64,000 bases of DNA from Acholeplasmataceae bacterium (GTDB taxonomy: Bacteria; Bacillota_I; Bacilli_A; Acholeplasmatales; Acholeplasmataceae): NCBI GenBank assembly GCA_963675245.1, contig OY775910.1:928001-992000 (forward strand). The letters are read 5' to 3'. The translations under genes were made by a program, and so were the position numbers. Shown in pieces: positions 29,604-40,677 of this stretch; the stretch's first letter is position 1, and every line of letters begins with the position of its first letter. Below the pieces are notes generated by a model, which was not told where the DNA came from, made no database searches, and worked only from the letters and a program-made list of their open reading frames with translations.

Positions 29604-31055
29604 ATGAAAAAAGCGAATATCGGAATGATTGGACTTGCAGTCATGGGAGAAAATCTCTCTTTGAATATGCTATCAAAAGGCTTTAGCGTAGCGGTTTATA
29701 ACTTAGAAACAGAGCGCGTAGATGCTTTTGTAAATGGACGTGCTAGAGGAAAAGCAGTGATTGGTACTTATAGTATTCAAGAACTGGTTGAGCATGTTGA
29801 AAGACCTAGAAAAATTATGATGATGATCAGAGCGGGAAAACCTGTTGATATCGTTATTGACCAATTATTACCCTTTTTAGAAAAAGGAGATATCATTATT
29901 GATGGTGGAAACACACATTATTCAGATACGATTAGACGTGCAAAAAAAGTAGAAGCGTTAGGGATTAAATATATAGGCTCTGGTGTTTCGGGTGGCGAAG
30001 AAGGCGCATTGAATGGACCTTCAATCATGCCTGGTGGATCTGAAGGTGCATGGCCATTTGTTCAACCAATATTCCAAGCAATTGCAGCTAAAACCGAAGA
30101 TGGTGATATATGCTGTGATTGGATTGGTGAAGATGGTTCTGGTCATTTTGTTAAAATGGTGCATAATGGGATTGAATATGGTGATATGCAGCTGATTACT
30201 GAAATTTATCACATCATGAAAAATATGCTTGGACTTCATGCAGATGATATGAGTGACATCTTTAAAACATGGAATCAAGGTGATTTGGAAAGTTATTTAG
30301 TTGAAATCACAGGTAATATTCTGTCATTTAAAGATGAAGATGGAGAGCCACTAGTTGATAAAATTTTAGATAAAGCTGGACAAAAAGGTACTGGTAAATG
30401 GACAGCCATCTCATCACTAGAAGAAGGTATTCCACTAACCCTTATTGGTGAAGCAGTTTATGCAAGATGTTTATCAGCGATGAAAGAAGAAAGAGTCATT
30501 GCTAGTAAAGCATACAAAAAGAATGCACAAAAGCCAGAATTAACTAAGGATGTTAAGGCTTGGATTAAAGAACTTGAACATGCATTATATGCAGCCAAGA
30601 TTATTAGTTATACACAAGGATATATGTTAATGAAAGCTAGTGCTGAATCGAATCAATGGCATTTAAATTATGGTGGCATTGCACTCATGTGGCGCGGAGG
30701 ATGCATCATCCGTTCTAAATTCTTAGGAAAAATAAAAGAAGCTTATGATAAGAATCCACAATTATCAAATTTATTGTTAGACGATTTCTTTAAAAAGGCG
30801 ATTGAAACTAGAATTGATAGTTTAAGAAGTGTTGTCACAAAAGCGATTAGTCATGGTATTTATGTGCCATCGTTAGCAGCTGCGATTAATTTCTTCGATG
30901 GTTATACATCAAGCGTATTACCACACAATCTATTACAAGCACAACGCGATTACTTTGGTGCACACACATATAATAGAGTTGATAAAGAAGGTGTGTTCCA
31001 TACGAATTGGACAGGAAAAGGTGGTTCTACATCGAGTACCACTTATGATGTCTAA
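29604..31055 (+). CDS. gndA: NADP-dependent 6-phosphogluconate dehydrogenase
   Basis: GLAVMG, DGGN, GVSGGEEGA, KMVHNGIEYGDMQ, QKGTGKWT, QAQRDYFGAHTY. Confidence 0.97.
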   Translation: MKKANIGMIGLAVMGENLSLNMLSKGFSVAVYNLETERVDAFVNGRARGKAVIGTYSIQELVEHVERPRKIMMMIRAGKPVDIVIDQLLPFLEKGDIIIDGGNTHYSDTIRRAKKVEALGIKYIGSGVSGGEEGALNGPSIMPGGSEGAWPFVQPIFQAIAAKTEDGDICCDWIGEDGSGHFVKMVHNGIEYGDMQLITEIYHIMKNMLGLHADDMSDIFKTWNQGDLESYLVEITGNILSFKDEDGEPLVDKILDKAGQKGTGKWTAISSLEEGIPLTLIGEAVYARCLSAMKEERVIASKAYKKNAQKPELTKDVKAWIKELEHALYAAKIISYTQGYMLMKASAESNQWHLNYGGIALMWRGGCIIRSKFLGKIKEAYDKNPQLSNLLLDDFFKKAIETRIDSLRSVVTKAISHGIYVPSLAAAINFFDGYTSSVLPHNLLQAQRDYFGAHTYNRVDKEGVFHTNWTGKGGSTSSTTYDV

Positions 31056-31084
31056 AAAAATTATTCGTTTTATATATATATTTA

Positions 31085-31113
31085 AGAAAACGCGTCAATA
31101 GATGCGTTTTTCT
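31085..31113 (+). terminator. Intrinsic terminator
   Basis: AGAAAACGCGTC-aata-GATGCGTTTTCT. Confidence 0.7.
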
Positions 31114-31194
31114 ATTATAATCCAAGATTGGAAAGCAATGAAACTCTAACATGTTATAATGTATTTATAATGATTTAAACATAGGTGAATACAC

Positions 31195-32433
31195 ATGGAT
31201 CAAATTAAACGGTTTGACTTTAATAAGAAACCTAAAAAGGAAAAGTTTTTTTTAACACCACTCGCTTATATTTTAAGTTTTCCTGAAGTTTGGCAAAGAC
31301 ACCTCAAAGTGAATAAGGTGAATATGAAGGGATTAAAACCACCATATATTTTACTATGTACACATCACGCATTTGTTGATTTTAAAGTAACCACTGCTGC
31401 TATATTTCCACATCGAGCAAATTATATAGTCGCCATTGATGGGTTTATCGGTCGAGAGTGGCTTTTAAGAAATGTTGGTGGCATCGGTAAACGTAAATTC
31501 ACTAGTGACCAACGTTTGATAAGACAAATTAAACACAGTTTGGATCAATTAAAATATATCTGTGCTATTTATCCGGAAGCGAGATATTCACTGATAGGTA
31601 CCAATGCGATATTACCAGAAGCACTTGGTAAAATGATAAAAATGTTTAAACATCCGGTGGTTGTATTAAATATGCATGGTGATTATCTATCTCAACCCGT
31701 TTGGAATTTAAATAAGCGAAAAGTTAATTTGGTTGCTGATATGACGCAAATTATTACAAAAGAAGAAATTAGATCGATTTCTGTCAATGAAATTAATCAT
31801 CGTATTAATGATGCATTTCAATATGATGAGTATAAATGGCAGTTTGATAATAAGATTAAAATAGATGATCCCAATAGAGCTAAAAACATCCATAAAGTGT
31901 TATATCAATGTCCAGCTTGTTTAGCAGAACACGAGATGGATTCTGATGGTAGTCAAATATGGTGTAATCATTGTCATAAAACATATGAAATGGATGTTTA
32001 TGGTAGATTAAGCGCAGTTGAAGGAGAAACAGAATTTCCACATATACCTGATTGGTATGAATGGCAAAGAGAACAAGTTAAACAAGAGATATTGAGTGGC
32101 AAGTACTATTTTGAAGATAAAGTCAACATTGATTCTTTACCGAACGCTAAAGGATATATGCCATTAGGTGAGGGATCTTTAACACATGATATACATGGTT
32201 TTCATTTAAAGGGACAAGATATTGATGGTAGTTTAGACTTAATCAAAGAACCTTTATCCATGTATGGCCTTCATATCGAATATGATTATATGGGACGTGG
32301 AGACTGCATTGATTTATCAACACTCGAGGATACATATTATATTTATCCTTTAACAAAATCTAATGTGGTTACAAAACTGCATTTTGCAGTTGAAGAAATT
32401 TATAAAATAGAAAAAGAAAAACTGAAAAAATAA
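31195..32433 (+). CDS. PlsC-family acyltransferase with a zinc-ribbon-containing extension
   Basis: HX4D motif (HAFVD in THHAFVD), YPEA; CPAC...CNHC. Confidence 0.75.
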   Translation: MDQIKRFDFNKKPKKEKFFLTPLAYILSFPEVWQRHLKVNKVNMKGLKPPYILLCTHHAFVDFKVTTAAIFPHRANYIVAIDGFIGREWLLRNVGGIGKRKFTSDQRLIRQIKHSLDQLKYICAIYPEARYSLIGTNAILPEALGKMIKMFKHPVVVLNMHGDYLSQPVWNLNKRKVNLVADMTQIITKEEIRSISVNEINHRINDAFQYDEYKWQFDNKIKIDDPNRAKNIHKVLYQCPACLAEHEMDSDGSQIWCNHCHKTYEMDVYGRLSAVEGETEFPHIPDWYEWQREQVKQEILSGKYYFEDKVNIDSLPNAKGYMPLGEGSLTHDIHGFHLKGQDIDGSLDLIKEPLSMYGLHIEYDYMGRGDCIDLSTLEDTYYIYPLTKSNVVTKLHFAVEEIYKIEKEKLKK

Positions 32434-32447
32434 GAGGTTTAATTAAC

Positions 32448-32924
32448 GTGAAATATTGTCCTAAATGTGGTCGAGAACTTCATCAAAAAGCACACATTGA
32501 AGGTCGTGATGTTCGTGTATGCACATGTGGATATATCGATTGGGATAATTGGGTTAACGTATCAGCTGTAACGGTTGCATATAATGAAGATAATGACATT
32601 TTAATGGTTCGTATGAAACGCACGGGAAAATTAACATTTCCCGGTGGTTACAGAAATATTGGTGAATCATTAGAAGATGCGGCAAAGCGAGAATGTCTTG
32701 AAGAATCTGGCTATGTAGTCGATGATTTAAAATTATTTAATGTATATACACTTGACCGATTAAGACTCGTTTGGATCATTTTTAAAGCTAAAGTTGTCTC
32801 AGGTGATTTTATTGATAATGATGAGGTAAGTGAGGTTGTCTTTATTAATAAACATACATTGCCTAAAGATAGTGATTTAAGAGGGTCTTTGTCGATTAGA
32901 TTATTAACAGAACTGTTTAACTAA
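32448..32924 (+). CDS. NUDIX hydrolase with N-terminal zinc ribbon
   Basis: YCPKCG...CTCG; PGG...GES...AAKRECLEESG Nudix box. Confidence 0.9.
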   Translation: MKYCPKCGRELHQKAHIEGRDVRVCTCGYIDWDNWVNVSAVTVAYNEDNDILMVRMKRTGKLTFPGGYRNIGESLEDAAKRECLEESGYVVDDLKLFNVYTLDRLRLVWIIFKAKVVSGDFIDNDEVSEVVFINKHTLPKDSDLRGSLSIRLLTELFN

Positions 32925-32932
32925 TAATAGGT

Positions 32933-33009
32933 CGGGAAGTGGCTCAGCTTGGTAGAGCACTCGGTTCGGGACCGAGAGGTCGCAAGTTCAAATCTTGTCT
33001 TCCCGACCA
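32933..33009 (+). tRNA. tRNA-Pro (anticodon CGG), CCA encoded
   Basis: CGGGAAG/CTTCCCG acceptor stem, CTCGG-TTCGGGA-CCGAG anticodon arm, TTCAAAT T-loop. Confidence 0.97.
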
Positions 33010-33078
33010 TTTTGTATCTTGAGTAATGATATTGACCTATTGTATAATAGAAGGTACGAAAGGCAAAAGGATACTAGT

Positions 33079-34899
33079 ATGATCATTGTCTATGTGATTG
33101 ATAATTACGGGGAACTATCAAATGGAACAACCATTACAGCACTTCGCTCTAAGGAACAATTAGAAAAGCGAGGACATACAGTGAGGGTTGTTACCTCAGG
33201 TCCAGTTGAAGGACCTGATATTTATCATTTAGAAAAAAGATATATTCCAATTGTTTCTGCTGTTTCAGAAAAACAACAAATGTATTTTGCGAAACCAAAT
33301 AAAAAAGTGATGACCGAAGCATTTAAAGATGCTGATGTTGTACATTTCTTTATGCCATGGAAAGTCTCAAGAGTTGGTATCAAATTATGTAAAAAATTAG
33401 GTGTTCCATATACAGCCGCTTTCCACACACAGCCTGAAAATATTACATTTGGTATGGGATTGGGACGATGGGGAAGTCCCGTTGCTTGGCTCATTTATCG
33501 CAAGTTTTGGCATCAGTTTTATCGTAAAGTAACGCATGTACATTGTCCAAGTCCATTTATTTCTTATGAACTTAAAAACCAAAGATACAATAATCGTTTT
33601 CATGTCATTTCAAACGGTATTGATAGTGTTTATCGTCGAGGTGAAGTTCATGAACATGACCATTTTCAAATTTTATCGACAGGTCGTTATGCATTAGAAA
33701 AAAGACAGGATATTATTATCAAAGCGATTGGACAATCTAAATATCGCGACAAAATTAAATTAATTCTGGCTGGTCATGGACCATTTGAAAAAAAATATAG
33801 AAATCTTGCTAAAAAATATCAGGTAGATACAACATTCGCTTTCTATACACAAAAAGAACTGATCGCTAAAATTCATGAGAGTGACTTATATGTTCATGCA
33901 GCGGATGCTGAAATTGAAGGTATCGCTGCGTTAGAAGCGATTGCTTGTGGGTTAGTCCCCGTTATCGCCGAATCAAACAAAAGTGCAACTGCACAATTTT
34001 CGATTGATGATCGAAACATATTTAAGGCAAATCAACATAAAGAATTATCGGAAAAAATCGATTATTGGTTAGATCGACCATATGAACGTAAAGAGATGTC
34101 TATTAAATATGAAGCACATGCTAATAATTTCCGCTTAGATCATGCAGTATCATTATTAGAACAAATGTTTAAACAATCGGTTGAGGATTATAAGCGTGCT
34201 GTTGTTGCAAAACAAAAAGATCAACGCAGTTATCGGAAGAATTTTAAGCAATCGTGGATAAAACGTACTGCTTCATGGCTTGTTTATTATGGTGTCGCCT
34301 TACCAATTTTAACGATTTATTTAAGATTAATTCGTGGTGTTAAGATCAAGAATAGAAAAAATCTTAAAGAACTTAAAGGCGGCGCAATCATGGTTTCAAA
34401 TCACGTACATACACTTGATTCTGTGATGAACGCTATTACCATTTTCCCTAAAAAACCGGTGTTTACAAGCATTAAATCTAATTTCAAATTGCCTGTTGCA
34501 GGAAGACTTGTTAATATTTTAGGATCAATGCCTGTTCCTGAAACACCATCAGAAATGAAAGTATTCTTTTACGAGTTATCAAAACAAGTCCGAAAAGGAA
34601 GAATTGTACACTTCTTCCCCGAAGGTGAATTGATTAAAGGTGATAGTAAACTTAGAGATTTTAAACGTGGTGCGTTTATGCTAGCAGAAGAAACGAAATC
34701 CCCAGTATTACCTGTAGGTATTAGTTTTCATGAAAAAAATAGATTCTTCCCACTAGTGGGTAAAGATCGTATTGTGATAAATGTAGGTAAACCTATTTAT
34801 CCCGATGTATTTAAATTAAAAAGAGAATCCATTGAAGATTTAAGTGATCAATCATTTGACGCGATGGACGAACTTATTTCATACGAAATGGTGTCATAG
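33079..34899 (+). CDS. Fusion of a GT4-type glycosyltransferase and a PlsC-type acyltransferase
   Basis: N-part: NGT, FHTQPEN, ISNG, GR..EK, EIEGIAALEA; C-part: NHVHTLD, FFPEG, FKRGAF, PVLP. Confidence 0.85.
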   Translation: MIIVYVIDNYGELSNGTTITALRSKEQLEKRGHTVRVVTSGPVEGPDIYHLEKRYIPIVSAVSEKQQMYFAKPNKKVMTEAFKDADVVHFFMPWKVSRVGIKLCKKLGVPYTAAFHTQPENITFGMGLGRWGSPVAWLIYRKFWHQFYRKVTHVHCPSPFISYELKNQRYNNRFHVISNGIDSVYRRGEVHEHDHFQILSTGRYALEKRQDIIIKAIGQSKYRDKIKLILAGHGPFEKKYRNLAKKYQVDTTFAFYTQKELIAKIHESDLYVHAADAEIEGIAALEAIACGLVPVIAESNKSATAQFSIDDRNIFKANQHKELSEKIDYWLDRPYERKEMSIKYEAHANNFRLDHAVSLLEQMFKQSVEDYKRAVVAKQKDQRSYRKNFKQSWIKRTASWLVYYGVALPILTIYLRLIRGVKIKNRKNLKELKGGAIMVSNHVHTLDSVMNAITIFPKKPVFTSIKSNFKLPVAGRLVNILGSMPVPETPSEMKVFFYELSKQVRKGRIVHFFPEGELIKGDSKLRDFKRGAFMLAEETKSPVLPVGISFHEKNRFFPLVGKDRIVINVGKPIYPDVFKLKRESIEDLSDQSFDAMDELISYEMVS

Positions 34900-34936
34900 A
34901 GGCGATATGCCTCTTTCACTTTAAAAGGGTAAAAAC

Positions 34937-35692
34937 ATGAAAGATGATTATGTTAAAAAGAATGCAAAAACTATCGATAAGTGGGTATCAGAAGGATGGG
35001 AGTGGGGAATTCCTATATCACACGAACAATATGTAGAAGCGCAAAAAGGAAATTGGGAAGTCGTTTTAACCCCTATTAAAACAGTTCCTAAATCATGGTT
35101 CCCTCCATTAAAAGGTTTAAGCGTATTAGGTTTAGCAAGCGGTGGCGGACAGCAAATGCCGATTTTTGCTGCACAGGGTGCTATGTGCACTGTCTTTGAC
35201 TTATCAACGAAACAACTTGAATCAGAAAAATTAGTTAAAGAACGTGAAGGCTATGACATTGATATCGTTCAAGGAGATATGACGAAACCATTACCATTTG
35301 AAAGTGAATCTTTCGACTTAATTTTCCACCCCGTATCAAACGTTTACGTCAAAGATGTCAGACATGTATTTAAAGAATGTTATCGTGTCCTTAAAAAAGG
35401 TGGCATTTTACTTGCTGGTTTAGACAACGGAATTAATTTTATTGTCAATTATCCAAACGAAAAAGAAATTGTTCATCGTCTTCCTTTTGATCCAACGACT
35501 GATGAAGCATTAATGGCTATGATGGAAGAAACGGATTCGGGCGTACAGTTTTCTCATTCATTAGAAGAGCAAATAGGTGGCCAACTAAGTGCAGGGTTTC
35601 ATATCGCAGATATTTATGATGATATTAATGGTGAAGGATATTTGCATGATATGAATATTCCTACCTTCTTCGCAACCAAAGCGATAAAATAA
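34937..35692 (+). CDS. Class I SAM-dependent methyltransferase
   Basis: VLGLASGGGQQ, GDM..PLPF...SFDLI.HP, RVLK.GG. Confidence 0.9.
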   Translation: MKDDYVKKNAKTIDKWVSEGWEWGIPISHEQYVEAQKGNWEVVLTPIKTVPKSWFPPLKGLSVLGLASGGGQQMPIFAAQGAMCTVFDLSTKQLESEKLVKEREGYDIDIVQGDMTKPLPFESESFDLIFHPVSNVYVKDVRHVFKECYRVLKKGGILLAGLDNGINFIVNYPNEKEIVHRLPFDPTTDEALMAMMEETDSGVQFSHSLEEQIGGQLSAGFHIADIYDDINGEGYLHDMNIPTFFATKAIK

Positions 35693-35695
35693 TAT

Positions 35696-35719
35696 AAGAC
35701 GGTATTTACCGTCTTTTTT
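35696..35719 (+). terminator. Intrinsic terminator
   Basis: AAGACGGTA-tt-TACCGTCTTTTTT. Confidence 0.8.
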
Positions 35720-35797
35720 AATTTAACATTTTGATTTATGCGCTGTATAATATAACCATATAACATTCGATTTAAAAACATACATAAGGAGATTTAC

Positions 35798-36685
35798 ATG
35801 GAACATATTATTGAAATCAAGAATCTCACAAAAGACTATGGTAATCATAAAGGCATTTTTGATGTCTCTTTTTGGGTTGGTAAAGGTGAATGTATTGGCT
35901 TTTTGGGACCGAATGGTGCCGGAAAAACAACAACGATGCGCCATTTGTTAGGTTTTATTAAGAATCATACAGGGGTTGTAACCATTAAGGGACTTTCTTG
36001 TTTTGAAAACCAAAAAGTACTTCAAGAATCAATTGGTTATTTACCAGGTGAAATTACATTTATAGATGAATTTAATGGTGAACAATTTATACAGTTTATG
36101 GCACGCATGAAGCGTGTAAATGATTTAACTTATGCAAATGAATTAATCGATACATTTGAGCTTGATACAACCGTATCAATTAAGAAGATGTCAAAAGGAA
36201 TGAAACAAAAATTAGGTATCGTTATCGCATTTATGAGCAAACCTAATATTTTATTATTAGATGAACCATCTAGTGGGTTAGATCCATTGATGCAAAATAA
36301 GCTCATTGAACTTGTCAATAAACACAAAAAAATGGGGGCGACCATTCTTTTATCTTCACACATGTTTGAAGAAGTTGAACGAACATGTGATCGTGTCTTG
36401 ATAATTAAACAAGGATATATAGTTGCTAATGAAAATATTGAAACGTTAAAAACAAATCGTCATAAACGTTTTATTATTAGTTTTAAAAATGAAGAAGAAG
36501 CAAAAAAATTTATGAATAATGAGACATGCAAAAAAATATCAAATACCATTATAAGTATTGATTTAAATACCGATATAGATAGTTTTATTAAAATGATTAG
36601 TCATTACTCAATTGTTAGTTTGGATGTACCGAGTCAATCCCTTGAAGAAATTTTCCTACAATATTATGGTGGTGATATGGCATGA
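35798..36685 (+). CDS. ABC-2 type exporter ATPase
   Basis: GPNGAGKT, MSKGMKQK, LDEPSSGLD. Confidence 0.93.
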   Translation: MEHIIEIKNLTKDYGNHKGIFDVSFWVGKGECIGFLGPNGAGKTTTMRHLLGFIKNHTGVVTIKGLSCFENQKVLQESIGYLPGEITFIDEFNGEQFIQFMARMKRVNDLTYANELIDTFELDTTVSIKKMSKGMKQKLGIVIAFMSKPNILLLDEPSSGLDPLMQNKLIELVNKHKKMGATILLSSHMFEEVERTCDRVLIIKQGYIVANENIETLKTNRHKRFIISFKNEEEAKKFMNNETCKKISNTIISIDLNTDIDSFIKMISHYSIVSLDVPSQSLEEIFLQYYGGDMA

Positions 36686-37479
36686 TTAACTGGACATTAT
36701 ATAGTAAAGAAATGAAAAGCAATCTTTTCCTCGCCATTATATTTGCTGCGATTATAACATTATATGGCACGATGATTGTTGCGATGTTTGATCCTGAACT
36801 GTCAGATATATTCAGACAATTTTCTGATTCCATGCCAGGTGTCATGAATTTAATGGGTTTTGGTGTGATTCCTGATACGATGACTAATTTTATTTATGCA
36901 TTACTTTATGGCTTTTTATTTATTGTGTTTCCGATGATCTTTTCAATATTAGTCATCCAACGTTTGGTGTATCGTTATATTGATAAAGGATCGTTGGCAT
37001 ATTTATTATCTACACCTAACAGTCGGTTTCAAATTATCTTTACACAATTCTTTGTAATCCTGAGCTACCTATTGATACTCGTTGTATATTCGTTTACTTT
37101 AATTACAATAACCGCTGTCTTATTATATCCAGGCACATTAGATATCGGTAATTTCTTATATGGTAATTTGTCGTTATTATTAATGTTGTTATTTATTGCC
37201 AGTTTAACTTTTTTCTCATCTGCAGTCATTGGCGGTAAATATACAACTGGTATTACCGTCGGATTACCAGTGTTATTCTTTGTTTTTAAATTGATATCGA
37301 ATTTAGGTGATGACTATAAAATAGTCCGGTATCTTACACCATTTTCTTTGTTTAATGTAAATCTAATATCGACATATGATCCAATGTCGTTTGTGTTTAA
37401 CGGTATTTTGTTAGTCAGTACAATTGTTATTTTCGGTGCTACATTTTATCTTTTTGAAAGAAGAGATTTATCAATTTAA
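36682..37479 (+). CDS. ABC-2 type exporter permease
   Basis: Six hydrophobic segments, DKG.LAYLLS.P.SR, FERRDL end. Confidence 0.87.
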   Translation: MINWTLYSKEMKSNLFLAIIFAAIITLYGTMIVAMFDPELSDIFRQFSDSMPGVMNLMGFGVIPDTMTNFIYALLYGFLFIVFPMIFSILVIQRLVYRYIDKGSLAYLLSTPNSRFQIIFTQFFVILSYLLILVVYSFTLITITAVLLYPGTLDIGNFLYGNLSLLLMLLFIASLTFFSSAVIGGKYTTGITVGLPVLFFVFKLISNLGDDYKIVRYLTPFSLFNVNLISTYDPMSFVFNGILLVSTIVIFGATFYLFERRDLSI

Positions 37480-37496
37480 GACAAGTGGAGGTTATG

Positions 37497-38174
37497 ATGT
37501 CCATACTTAAGGTTTTAGAATTAGAAAAATCATATCGTCAGAAAAAAGTGATTACACCTGTTTTAAGAGGTGTTGACTTTAATATTAATGAAGGTGAATT
37601 TGTATCTATCGTAGGACCTTCTGGATCAGGTAAAACCACACTCCTTTATGTTTTAAGCGGATTAGAAGATTATCAAAAAGGATCAGTTGAAATGTTCGAA
37701 AAAGAACTTTCAACGTATTCTGAAAGTGAAAAAGCTGAATTAAGAGCTAAACGTATTGGTTTTGTTTTCCAATTTTATAATTTAATTCCTAACTTAACAG
37801 TTTTAGAAAATGTGATGTTAGCATCAGTCATAGGCAAACAAAAGACCAAAAAAGAGATATCAGATCTATTATCACTTGTGGGTATGAGCGAATATGAAGA
37901 TAGATATCCATCACAGTTATCCGGTGGGCAGCAACAAAGAGTCGCGATTGCGAGAAGTCTCATTAATGATCCAGATTTAATATTTGCAGATGAACCAACT
38001 GGTAATTTAGATGAGAAAACAAGTCACACCATTATGGCATTATTCCAATCTTTACATAAAACATTACATAAGACCATTGTCATGGTTACACATAATGAAA
38101 GCCTAACAACCTATGGAACGAGAAAATTATCCATGCACGATGGAAAGGTCGTCAATGATGAAAAGGTGGTTTAA
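37497..38174 (+). CDS. ABC ATPase (LolD/MacB type)
   Basis: [34 protein letters not shown]. Confidence 0.93.
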   Translation: MSILKVLELEKSYRQKKVITPVLRGVDFNINEGEFVSIVGPSGSGKTTLLYVLSGLEDYQKGSVEMFEKELSTYSESEKAELRAKRIGFVFQFYNLIPNLTVLENVMLASVIGKQKTKKEISDLLSLVGMSEYEDRYPSQLSGGQQQRVAIARSLINDPDLIFADEPTGNLDEKTSHTIMALFQSLHKTLHKTIVMVTHNESLTTYGTRKLSMHDGKVVNDEKVV

Positions 38175-40677
38175 AAAAGCCGCCTTCAGCTTTTTGTTTG
38201 CTTGGCGGAATCTAAGTGCACATCCTTTTAGAACACTTTTATTGATGATAGGTTTTCTAGGTGTTTCCATCACGATATTGATTTCAATTTCGATGAATGA
38301 TTTGCTGTATACTTATTATTATGGAAATCAAATAGAAACGTATCAAGATATCGATTTAAAAGTCGCGGTTGATAATGATAGTAGTTCTCGCTTTTTTAGA
38401 ACAACACCGCTTCAAAGTTCTAATATAGATGAATTTACGGATGGCATCTATCCGTTTTTTGAGTTTGATGTTCTTACACAAATCACAGAAGAAGATCGTG
38501 TTTATGTGCATGTTTTTGCATCATCAATAGATATGCTATCACATCTATCAAATCAACATATACAAACAAGTCAATTAGCAAATAATGAAGTCATTATTAC
38601 ATCCTCATATGCAAATGCTCATGATTTAAGTATTGATAATCAAATTTTATTACAAGCGGGTCAAGAAGAGCGTTATTTTATTGTGAAGGAAATTCTTGAT
38701 GATGGAAAATTATTCACCGGTCATAGTATCTTCATTGATAAACAATCTTCATTTTCTTTTTTCTTAACGGCATTAGATCCAGCTTTAGCAGAATTCCCGC
38801 CTATTTTATTAACGAATATTTACAGTGTGCTTTATGTTGATATCAAAGATGATGTGACGGTTAGTGAGGGTATTACAGCATTTAAAGCAATTAACGAATA
38901 TGAATCGCTAGATTATATTAAAGCGATTGATGACGTCGCGATTAATCAATTAATCAACCGAAATATTGCTTTAGTTAACGCACTATTAAGCCTTGTGTTT
39001 ATCGCGATTATATTTGTTTTACAAACGACACTCAATGTCTATTTTCACGAGCGAAAAGCAAATGCTGCAACCATTCATGTGCTTGGTGGACGATATCGTT
39101 ATGCATTTGGTATTTTAGGTATAGAAATCTTTTTTCAACAAGCTATCGCATTTATTATTGCAGTGATTACGACAAATATTAGTTTCAAAATCGGCATGAC
39201 CTATTTATCATCAGCATGGATTTATCAATTAACAGTTGATCGCATACTTATGGCGTTAGGTATAACGCTTGTTGTAATACTATCTATGTTTGCATATTAT
39301 GCATACCGTTATATGAAATCAGTTGATATGACACTTATTAGACGCATTGGTAATGAAAGACGACTAAATATGAAAGCACATATCATCATCGCACTTATGA
39401 GTTTATTACTTTATGGTGTGAGTTATTGGCAAATGTTAGTTGACCTGTTCGGTCATACGTTAAGTCTATTTAGAATTTTATTTGTGGCTTCATTCCTATT
39501 ATCATTTCCATTTTTTATTTATGATCTATGTGTTCACTGGTTATCTAAATATAAAGAACGAAAAAAAACGTATTATCATATGAAGATTTTTTCTGGCAAA
39601 AAAGGTTTTTCTCTATATTTTTCGATGACACTAATTGTCTCACTCATTATTTTCTTGCTCGTATTCATGATCCAACATTTGAATCAAAGAGAAGAAACGT
39701 TCGCAAATGAATATCAGTTTGATATGATTGTCACAAGAATGACAGGTAACGAAGAGACAATCTATCAAGATATTAATCATATGGACAATGTAGAACATGC
39801 AAACCGAGCAGATATTTATGATGCAGTTGAAGTACCTAACCAAGTGCTCAGTATTGATTATGTGATCTCAATGGATATTTATGATATTCAAACATATTTT
39901 GATTTTGTAGATCTTGAAGATCAAATCGTTCGGTTAAGTCAGAAATTAGAATCATCTATTATATTACCAATAAGGTATAAGGAAATATTTAACTATCAAG
40001 TCAATGATGTTGTCGTCTTAACACTTAATCCCGATATACCTGAACAATCATTTATCATTGCAGGATTCTTTGAAAAGCAAGGACTTGATGTCGCTTTTAC
40101 GAATCTTTATATGATTGATCAGGAGGTTCAAGACAACGCAAATAGTATTTTGATTACAGCAAAAGGAGATCGACATATTCTTTTTAATGATCTACTGGAT
40201 TCGTATAGTAAACAACTTGTCGTTGTGATTGATTTTAAGACGACGTATGTTGATGTATATGTATCCCAAATGAATCTAGTTAAAAATTTTATTATCGGTT
40301 ATATATTAGTATTAATTGCATGTTTTATTATGACGTTATCCAATCATCAAACGATGTTAAATATGACATTAGAAGCGGATCATGCGAGAATGTTAGCTAT
40401 GGGATATGGATATCAAGAATTATCCAAGGATACGATAAAATCAGATATGATGATATTAAGTTTGATGTTATTTGTATCCACTCTTAGCTACCTACTCATA
40501 TTTGATCAAATTAAGGGATTGTTTTCAGCCTTTGGAGCTTATGAATCGATTCGCTTTAATGTGACATCAATCTTTATTGGTATAAGTATCAATATTGTTC
40601 TATATATTGTATTGATAACGATGAGAATATTAAATGAACGAAAATTAAACATTAGTAAATATTTACGAATACTTTGA
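38155..40677 (+). CDS. FtsX-like duplicated ABC permease
   Basis: AWRNL....RT N-terminus; two extracytoplasmic domains each followed by TM blocks; overlaps the ATPase gene. Confidence 0.8.
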   Translation: MMKRWFKKAAFSFLFAWRNLSAHPFRTLLLMIGFLGVSITILISISMNDLLYTYYYGNQIETYQDIDLKVAVDNDSSSRFFRTTPLQSSNIDEFTDGIYPFFEFDVLTQITEEDRVYVHVFASSIDMLSHLSNQHIQTSQLANNEVIITSSYANAHDLSIDNQILLQAGQEERYFIVKEILDDGKLFTGHSIFIDKQSSFSFFLTALDPALAEFPPILLTNIYSVLYVDIKDDVTVSEGITAFKAINEYESLDYIKAIDDVAINQLINRNIALVNALLSLVFIAIIFVLQTTLNVYFHERKANAATIHVLGGRYRYAFGILGIEIFFQQAIAFIIAVITTNISFKIGMTYLSSAWIYQLTVDRILMALGITLVVILSMFAYYAYRYMKSVDMTLIRRIGNERRLNMKAHIIIALMSLLLYGVSYWQMLVDLFGHTLSLFRILFVASFLLSFPFFIYDLCVHWLSKYKERKKTYYHMKIFSGKKGFSLYFSMTLIVSLIIFLLVFMIQHLNQREETFANEYQFDMIVTRMTGNEETIYQDINHMDNVEHANRADIYDAVEVPNQVLSIDYVISMDIYDIQTYFDFVDLEDQIVRLSQKLESSIILPIRYKEIFNYQVNDVVVLTLNPDIPEQSFIIAGFFEKQGLDVAFTNLYMIDQEVQDNANSILITAKGDRHILFNDLLDSYSKQLVVVIDFKTTYVDVYVSQMNLVKNFIIGYILVLIACFIMTLSNHQTMLNMTLEADHARMLAMGYGYQELSKDTIKSDMMILSLMLFVSTLSYLLIFDQIKGLFSAFGAYESIRFNVTSIFIGISINIVLYIVLITMRILNERKLNISKYLRIL

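Noticed and set aside
32995..33078. N-terminal extension of the glycosyltransferase ORF
   Set aside because: It overlaps tRNA-Pro; the ATG at 33079 has an AAGGA SD and begins the domain
35724..35774. Direct repeat TAACATT(TT/C)GATTTA around the ABC exporter promoter
   Set aside because: Two imperfect AT-rich copies and no adjacent regulator gene; not enough support
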